From NCBI GenBank assembly GCA_031580995.1, contig JAVLCC010000005.1, forward strand, positions 379-64,378: DNA of 64,000 bases, read 5' to 3'. The stretch is from Microbacteriaceae bacterium. Lineage in GTDB: Bacteria; Actinomycetota; Actinomycetes; Actinomycetales; Microbacteriaceae. The notes beneath the pieces were generated by a model. It was not told the DNA's origin. It saw nothing but the letters and a program-made list of their open reading frames with translations, and searched no databases. Every line of letters starts with the position of its first letter. Within the stretch, counting starts at the first letter, position 1. The translations under genes and the position numbers were made by a program. This document shows, piece by piece, positions 58,594 through 64,000 of the stretch.

Positions 58594-59271
58594 ATGGCAA
58601 GAATTATTGTTTTATCAAATGACTCAGTTGAGCCACCGCTGCCTGCCCTGGGGTTAATGAACCACAGCGTTAGCTACCTTCCCGCTGAGGCCGCTGCCTT
58701 GGTGAATGCACCCAATCATGACCTAACACTTTTGGATGGTCGTAAAGATCTAACTGAAATCAAATCCCTTGCCCAATTGCTTCACAGCGCTGGACGCTCA
58801 AGGCCGCTGCTACTGATTTGTGGGGAGGGAATGCTCACCACTCTGAACCCCGATTGGCACGTTGATGATTTCATTCTCACAAGTGCTGGGCCTGCCGAGA
58901 TTGAGGCACGCATCAGGCTTTCATTAGAAAAGGTCCGCTCAGGTGCAGATCTGCCAACCGGGCTAAAAATCGATGAGGGAAGTTTTAGCGCAAAGATCAA
59001 CGGCAAGAACCTGGACCTAACCTTCAAAGAGTTCGAACTTCTGAGATATCTAGCCGATCACTCAGGTCAGGTGCTAACCCGTGAGCAACTACTCAGTGAG
59101 GTCTGGGGCTATGACTATTTCGGGGGAACCAGAACAGTTGATGTGCACATAAGAAGGCTTCGCGCAAAACTTGGCGAGATGGAATCGCTAATCACCACCG
59201 TGAGAAACGTCGGCTACATGCTCACCAAAGAATCCAGAGCAAAAAGTGAAGCAAATTCAAACTCTGAGTAA
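58594..59271 (+). CDS. OmpR-type winged-helix regulator with atypical (pseudo-)receiver domain
   Basis: 225 aa. The C-terminus is a normal OmpR-type wHTH ([50 protein letters not shown]...VRNVGYML). The N-terminal receiver-like half lacks the acidic pair, the conserved T/S and the conserved K. Confidence 0.75.
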   Translation: MARIIVLSNDSVEPPLPALGLMNHSVSYLPAEAAALVNAPNHDLTLLDGRKDLTEIKSLAQLLHSAGRSRPLLLICGEGMLTTLNPDWHVDDFILTSAGPAEIEARIRLSLEKVRSGADLPTGLKIDEGSFSAKINGKNLDLTFKEFELLRYLADHSGQVLTREQLLSEVWGYDYFGGTRTVDVHIRRLRAKLGEMESLITTVRNVGYMLTKESRAKSEANSNSE

Positions 59272-59311
59272 AGAAGATTAACTGCCCCAATCATCGGTGT
59301 TTGTTTATGCC

Positions 59312-61405
59312 ATGCTTAACCCTGTGATTGATGAAACTACCCTGCCCGCTAATCGCTTCAGTGAGCGCGAGCTAAGTTGGCTTGATTTCAATCAAAGGGT
59401 TTTAGAACTGGCCGAAGACGAATCACTGCCACTTTTAGAGAGAGTTCACTTTCTCTCGATCTTTGCATCCAATCTGGATGAGTTTTTCATGGTCCGAGTC
59501 GCAAGCCTCAAGCGTCGAATCGCAACTGGGATTGCAGTCCCAAGTGCCAGTGGTCAAGACCCGCAAGAAGTGATTGAGCAAATTGCCTCTAGAAACCGCG
59601 AATTGCAAGCAAGGCATGCTGAAGTTTTCAGAGATGAAATCAATCCACTATTGGACAAGGCTGGGATTGACATCCTGCACTGGTCGGAGTTGACAGAGGA
59701 TGAAAAACAAGAGCTGAATAAGTTTTATGAGCAACAGATCTTTCCCGTTCTGACTCCACTGGCTGTTGACCCAGCTCACCCTTTTCCCTATATCTCGGGA
59801 TTGAGCCTGAACCTGGCGGTTGTTCTTAGAAATCCAGCAAACAACTCAGAGCATTTTGCAAGAGTGAAAGTCCCGCCACTGCTTCCTCGGTTTGTGAAGG
59901 TTCCAAATGCTGAGAAAAACCGCTTTGTGCCACTTGAGGACATAATCGGTGAAAACCTGGAAGCACTGTTTCCAGGAATGGAAGTTGTTCAGCACCACAC
60001 TTTCCGTGTAACCAGAAATGAAGACTTAGAGGTTGATGAGGAAGAAACTGACAACCTTCTGAACCAATTAGAAAAAGAACTCCTGAGACGCAGGTTTGGA
60101 CCTCCGGTGAGACTGGAGGTGGCAGAGGATATTGACCCGCAGGTGCTGAGCATTTTGCAAAGAGAGCTAAATATCGAACAAACCGATGTTTATCACCTAC
60201 CAGAGCCATTGGACCTAACTGGTTTGACAGCAATTGCATTTATGCGAATGCCTGAACTGCAATTTGACTCTCACCCGATCACCACCAATAGATACCTAAA
60301 ATCAGCCGATGATGAACCTGCGGATATCTTTGGTTCATTGCGTGAGCGTGATGTTTTGCTTCACCACCCATACGAGTCATTCGCAACCAGCGTGCAGGCC
60401 TTTTTAGAACAAGCCTCCAATGACCCGCAGGTTTTAGCCATCAAGCAAACGCTTTATAGAACAAGCGGTGATTCACCAATCATTGATGCCTTGATTCAGG
60501 CTGCTGAAAGTGGCAAGCAGGTTTTGGCAGTGGTGGAGATCAAAGCAAGGTTCGATGAGCAAAACAACATCACTTGGGCTAAAAAGCTTGAAAGTGCTGG
60601 AGTGCACGTGGTCTATGGCCTGGTGGGACTAAAGACTCACTGCAAGCTCTCACTTGTTATTAGACAGGAATCCGGTGGCCTCAGACGCTACTGCCACGTG
60701 GGAACAGGTAACTACAATCCAAAAACTGCAAGGTTTTATGAAGACCTTGGGCTATTAACCTCCGATGACACAGTTGGTGAGGACCTAACAAAGCTTTTCA
60801 ATAAACTCAGTGGCTTCTCAACCACTAGCGAATATGAATCCATCATCACCTCCCCGGTTGGTATCCGCGAGGGACTGACCTCAAAAATCCAGCGCGAGGC
60901 AGAGATCGCCCAGTCTGGGAAACCAGCTCGCATCAGATTGAAAATGAACTCGCTGGTTGATGAGCAAATTGTCGATGAGCTTTATTTGGCAAGCCAGGCT
61001 GGCGTGAAAATCGAAGTGGTAGTAAGAGGTATGTGTGCGCTGATTCCTGGTGTCGAAGGTCTCAGTGAAAACATCAGCGTTAGATCTATCTTGGGCAGAT
61101 ACCTCGAACACTCGAGAATCTTTGCCTTCGATAACGATGGCGACCCAGAAATCTATATCGGCTCTGCAGACATGATGCACAGAAACCTTGATCGCAGGGT
61201 TGAGGCCATTGTTCGCCTCAGCCAAGCTGATCACATTAATGAACTGCATGAAGTGTTTGATTTGGCGATGAGTGATGAAATCTCCGCTTGGGATCTAAAC
61301 AAAGAATCCCAATGGATTAGAACAACCAGTGGCCCAAGTGGTCAATTGGCTGATTATCAAGATATGTTGATGCAGAGAACACTGGAGAAAAAGAAACTGC
61401 GCTAA
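59312..61405 (+). CDS. ppk: Polyphosphate kinase 1
   Basis: Contains [17 protein letters not shown], the autophosphorylation-region His ([11 protein letters not shown]) and C-terminal PLD-like domains. ATG at 59312 is preferred over the track GTG at 59297. Confidence 0.95.
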   Translation: MLNPVIDETTLPANRFSERELSWLDFNQRVLELAEDESLPLLERVHFLSIFASNLDEFFMVRVASLKRRIATGIAVPSASGQDPQEVIEQIASRNRELQARHAEVFRDEINPLLDKAGIDILHWSELTEDEKQELNKFYEQQIFPVLTPLAVDPAHPFPYISGLSLNLAVVLRNPANNSEHFARVKVPPLLPRFVKVPNAEKNRFVPLEDIIGENLEALFPGMEVVQHHTFRVTRNEDLEVDEEETDNLLNQLEKELLRRRFGPPVRLEVAEDIDPQVLSILQRELNIEQTDVYHLPEPLDLTGLTAIAFMRMPELQFDSHPITTNRYLKSADDEPADIFGSLRERDVLLHHPYESFATSVQAFLEQASNDPQVLAIKQTLYRTSGDSPIIDALIQAAESGKQVLAVVEIKARFDEQNNITWAKKLESAGVHVVYGLVGLKTHCKLSLVIRQESGGLRRYCHVGTGNYNPKTARFYEDLGLLTSDDTVGEDLTKLFNKLSGFSTTSEYESIITSPVGIREGLTSKIQREAEIAQSGKPARIRLKMNSLVDEQIVDELYLASQAGVKIEVVVRGMCALIPGVEGLSENISVRSILGRYLEHSRIFAFDNDGDPEIYIGSADMMHRNLDRRVEAIVRLSQADHINELHEVFDLAMSDEISAWDLNKESQWIRTTSGPSGQLADYQDMLMQRTLEKKKLR

Positions 61406-62361
61406 TGAAAATCTACGCTGCGGGCATTATTTGCTGGAGATTAGAAAAAAGCCAATTCAAGGTATTGATCGTTCACCGTGGTCAATACGATGACTGGGGA
61501 TGGCCCAAGGGCAAACAAGACCCCGGTGAAACGCTTCCGGTGACAGCAGTCAGAGAAACCAAAGAAGAAGCGGGCATGAAAGTCCGCCTTGGCAGAAAAC
61601 TCACCGAGATCCGCTACGACCTTCCAAAGGGAATCTCCAAAGAAGTTCACTACTGGTCATCAAAAGTCACCGATAAAGAACTTACGAAAGCAAAATTCAA
61701 ACCCAATAAAGAAATCGATGAGATTCGCTGGGTAACAGTTGACGAGGCAGAGAAATTACTCACCTACGACAGAGACAAAGAATTACTGCAGCAAGCCTTT
61801 GAGTTATTTCAAAAAAGCGAGCTGGAGACACGCGCAATTATTGTCCTCCGTCACGCTCAAGCAATGCCCAGAGGCGAATGGAGCAAAACTGATGGAGAAA
61901 GACCGCTGACTGCAACAGGAGAGCTTCAAGCCAAGTCACTAACAAAGCTTTTGGGTGCATTCAACATAAGACGCGTTGTCACATCTCCTTGGAAGAGATG
62001 TCTTGACACAGTGAAGCCATTTGGAAAAAAGCAGAAACTAAAGATTATTGAGAGATCTCAGCTAAGCGAATTGGGCAATAAACGAAACCCGGCAAAGACA
62101 ACCAGGGTTATTAAAGACAGCCTGAAAGAGCATAAGTCAATGATTCTCTGCACCCACAGACCAGCTCTGCCCACAGTTTTAGACACCATCAGCGATTACG
62201 CCAAAAACGACAAAAGCGTTGAAATCCATGAAGGAAGAACTCTTGCTCCCGCAGAGATGATGGTTATTCGAATGTCACTAAAGACCCGCCAGGTAGTTGG
62301 CGTTGAGACCTATAACGCACCAGAGCAGATTCAGAAAGACTTGAGCCCAGCGGCAAAGTGA
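61405..62361 (+). CDS. Nudix hydrolase fused to histidine-phosphatase (SixA-like) domain, MutT1-like architecture
   Basis: 318 aa. Has the Nudix box GWPKGKQDPGETLPVTAVRETKEEAG and, in the second half, an RHA motif (IIVLRHAQA) plus TSPWKRC. Its ATG overlaps the ppk stop (TAATG). Confidence 0.85.
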   Translation: MKIYAAGIICWRLEKSQFKVLIVHRGQYDDWGWPKGKQDPGETLPVTAVRETKEEAGMKVRLGRKLTEIRYDLPKGISKEVHYWSSKVTDKELTKAKFKPNKEIDEIRWVTVDEAEKLLTYDRDKELLQQAFELFQKSELETRAIIVLRHAQAMPRGEWSKTDGERPLTATGELQAKSLTKLLGAFNIRRVVTSPWKRCLDTVKPFGKKQKLKIIERSQLSELGNKRNPAKTTRVIKDSLKEHKSMILCTHRPALPTVLDTISDYAKNDKSVEIHEGRTLAPAEMMVIRMSLKTRQVVGVETYNAPEQIQKDLSPAAK

Positions 62362-62402
62362 ACAAAGGGCTTCGCTGGAAACGCAGTGGGTTTCGGGCTA
62401 AG

Positions 62403-62431
62403 TGTTTACCGATTGTTTACTCAATGTCCAG
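62403..62431 (+). promoter_or_regulatory. PHO-box-like 11-nt phased direct repeats upstream of pstS
   Basis: TGTTTAC (62403-62409), TGTTTAC (62414-62420) and TGTCCAG (62425-62431), each 11 nt apart, lying 65-93 nt upstream of the pstS ATG. Confidence 0.6.
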
Positions 62432-62495
62432 TAGTAATTAGCTATCACTACCTAGTTTTGACCTCGCCTACGCAAACTTAGGAAAGGTAATGTAA

Positions 62496-63656
62496 ATGGA
62501 CAAGCTTGTAAAGCTTTCAGCACTGGCAATCACCGGTGCATTGGTCCTCAGCGGCTGTGCAGCAGCCAACGAGGAACCAGAGGAGGAGACAACAACCGAC
62601 TCTTCATCTTCAGACAGCTCAACTGACTCATCAACCGATGAGGCAGAAGAGGCACCAGCTCTGGAGGGAACCTTGGATGGTTCAGGTGCATCTTCAATGG
62701 CCTCAGGTCAGGAAGCATGGGTAGCCGGTTTCCAGGCAGAGAACCCAGGCGTCACCGTGAACTACAACCCAACCGGTTCAGGAACCGGTCGTGACCAGTT
62801 CGAGCAGGGCTTGACCTTTTTCACAGGTTCTGACTCCGCTCTAAAGCAGGAGGAGCTAGACACCCCTCACCCAAACTGTGACCCAGTAGACGGTCCAATG
62901 TTCGAGTTCCCAATCTGGATCTCTCCAATCGCCATCATGTTCAACCTTGACGGCATTGACTCATTGAACATGACCCCTGACACAGTTGCTCAGATCTTCA
63001 CTGGCGAGATCAACAACTGGAGTGACCCAGCAATCACCGCTGACAACCCAGGCGTTGACCTACCAGACCTAGCCATCACCGCGGTTCACCGTTCAGATGA
63101 GTCAGGTACCACCGGTAACTTCACCGACACAATGGCAAAAGCCGCTCCTGACACTTGGTTGCTAAACGGCGAGAACGCCGGTGACTTCGAGTCATGGCCA
63201 GCCGAGTGGGGTGGCGAAGGTGGACAGGGTACCTCTGGTGTCGTAGCAGCTATCGAAGCTGGTAACGGAACCATTGGTTACGCTGACGCATCTCGTGTAG
63301 GTGACTTCGGAACCGTAGCTTTCGGTGTAGGTGACGAGTTCGTCCCTTACTCAGCTGAAGCTGCAGCAAAGATCGTGGACGTTTCACCAACAGTTGATGG
63401 ACGCCCAGACACCATGTTGACCTATGACCTAGACCGCGCAACCCAGGAGTCAGGAACTTACCCAGTAGTTCTAATCTCTTACCTCCAGGGCTGCATGGAC
63501 TATTCAGATGACGAGCAGGCAGAGCTTGTAAAGGCTTACGCTCGCTACATGCTCTCAGCTGAGGGTCAGCAGTTCGCATCTGACAATGCTGGTAACGCAC
63601 CTATCTCGAACGAACTTCGTGAGAAGGCGCTAGCCATCATTGACCAGGTACAGTAA
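62496..63656 (+). CDS. pstS: Phosphate ABC transporter substrate-binding lipoprotein PstS
   Basis: 386 aa. Has a lipobox (LVLSGCAA), a Ser/Asp/Thr-rich linker and a PBP fold with GSGASSM...TGSGTG motifs. SD AGGAAAGG precedes the ATG. Confidence 0.93.
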   Translation: MDKLVKLSALAITGALVLSGCAAANEEPEEETTTDSSSSDSSTDSSTDEAEEAPALEGTLDGSGASSMASGQEAWVAGFQAENPGVTVNYNPTGSGTGRDQFEQGLTFFTGSDSALKQEELDTPHPNCDPVDGPMFEFPIWISPIAIMFNLDGIDSLNMTPDTVAQIFTGEINNWSDPAITADNPGVDLPDLAITAVHRSDESGTTGNFTDTMAKAAPDTWLLNGENAGDFESWPAEWGGEGGQGTSGVVAAIEAGNGTIGYADASRVGDFGTVAFGVGDEFVPYSAEAAAKIVDVSPTVDGRPDTMLTYDLDRATQESGTYPVVLISYLQGCMDYSDDEQAELVKAYARYMLSAEGQQFASDNAGNAPISNELREKALAIIDQVQ

Positions 63657-63677
63657 GTAACCAATCCTTGATTGGTC

Positions 63678-63715
63678 AATCAGCCCGGGCTCGCTAACCC
63701 GAGCCCGGGCTGATT
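63678..63715 (+). promoter_or_regulatory. Perfect 16-bp GC-rich hairpin between pstS and pstC
   Basis: AATCAGCCCGGGCTCG-CTAACC-CGAGCCCGGGCTGATT. No U-tract follows it. Confidence 0.8.
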
Positions 63716-63746
63716 CACAAAAATTTAGATTCACAAGGGAGTAGAA

Positions 63747-64000
63747 ATGACCTCAATGGGTGACAAGGCAAAAGTAAAAGCCAGAGTCGGAGACATTGTT
63801 TTTTCTCGCCTTGCAAGGTTTTCGGGAATTGGAATCCTGGTAATCCTGGCAGCCGTCGCGTTCTTTCTCTTTTTGCAAGGCCTGCCCGCTCTTCTTCCAG
63901 GTGCTGACTTCGTTGGCAAGGCGGATAACCCACTGAGCTATGTGGCTCCGTACATTTTCGGAACCGTTTACTCTTCGATCATTGCCCTTCTGATTGCCAC
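63747..64000 (+). CDS. pstC: Phosphate ABC transporter permease PstC (N-terminal part; continues past window end)
   Basis: My own translation from ATG at 63747 (SD AAGGGAG upstream): MTSMGDKAKVKARVGDIVFSRLARFSGIGILVILAAVAFFLFLQGLPALL... The position after pstS supports the call. Confidence 0.85.
   Translation, partial: MTSMGDKAKVKARVGDIVFSRLARFSGIGILVILAAVAFFLFLQGLPALLPGADFVGKADNPLSYVAPYIFGTVYSSIIALLIA

Noticed and set aside
62560-62660. Ser/Asp/Thr/Glu-rich low-complexity stretch in PstS as a possible repeat element
   Set aside because: It is a typical flexible linker after a lipoprotein signal peptide, and the DNA is not a clean tandem repeat.

Overview
This 64 kb window looks like a densely packed core-chromosome segment of a streamlined, moderate-GC Actinomycetota genome. 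The taxon is an inference from gene content and synteny: CarD, IdeR/DtxR, WXG100, the csp/DUF3027/DUF2530 group, gpmA-senX3-regX3, ppk-mutT1-pstS, and tRNA-Gln-glmU-prs. I count about 65 protein genes, mostly on the minus strand, and many have 4-8 nt start/stop overlaps. There are three tRNAs: Gln-TTG, Arg-CCT and Thr-TGT. I found no rRNA, CRISPR array, transposase, integrase or prophage signature.

Main blocks:
- 1-20.7 kb: housekeeping genes (ndh, DUF501, ftsB-like, eno, hisS-like, mazG, mfd, pth, rplY, prs, glmU, ABC-F, ispE, rsmA, tatD, metG, rsmI).
- 20.7-33 kb: a more accessory-looking stretch (MFS, SDR, GNAT, a 1188-aa helicase-fold protein, SulP, fasciclin, DUF418, HNH, NlpC/P60).
- 33-44 kb: ideR, serC, a csp/DUF3027 pair, an XPB helicase module, a two-component system, a lone WXG100 gene, and groEL with tandem CIRCE operators.
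- 44-53 kb: cspA, msrB, msiK-like ATPase, DUF4032, rlmB, cysS, fused ispDF, carD.
- 53-64 kb: a phosphate neighbourhood (senX3-regX3, phoU, gpmA, an atypical regulator, ppk, Nudix/His-phosphatase, pstS, pstC) with 11-nt phased direct repeats resembling PHO boxes.

I do not see a convincing multi-gene novel defence or mobile system. The best candidates for new biology are:
- the intact 1188-codon SF1-helicase-fold ORF whose catalytic motifs all look eroded;
- a compact archaeal/eukaryotic-type HisRS inside the mfd-mazG-eno cluster;
- a 24-codon ORF with a strong SD that ends 3 nt before an intrinsic terminator, upstream of the HNH gene;
- a pseudo-receiver OmpR-type regulator next to ppk;
- a 159-nt convergent coding overlap between two genes.

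All family calls come from motif reading and memory, not from database searches. The ORF track uses ATG, GTG and TTG starts and takes the longest ORF, so several starts were trimmed by eye.
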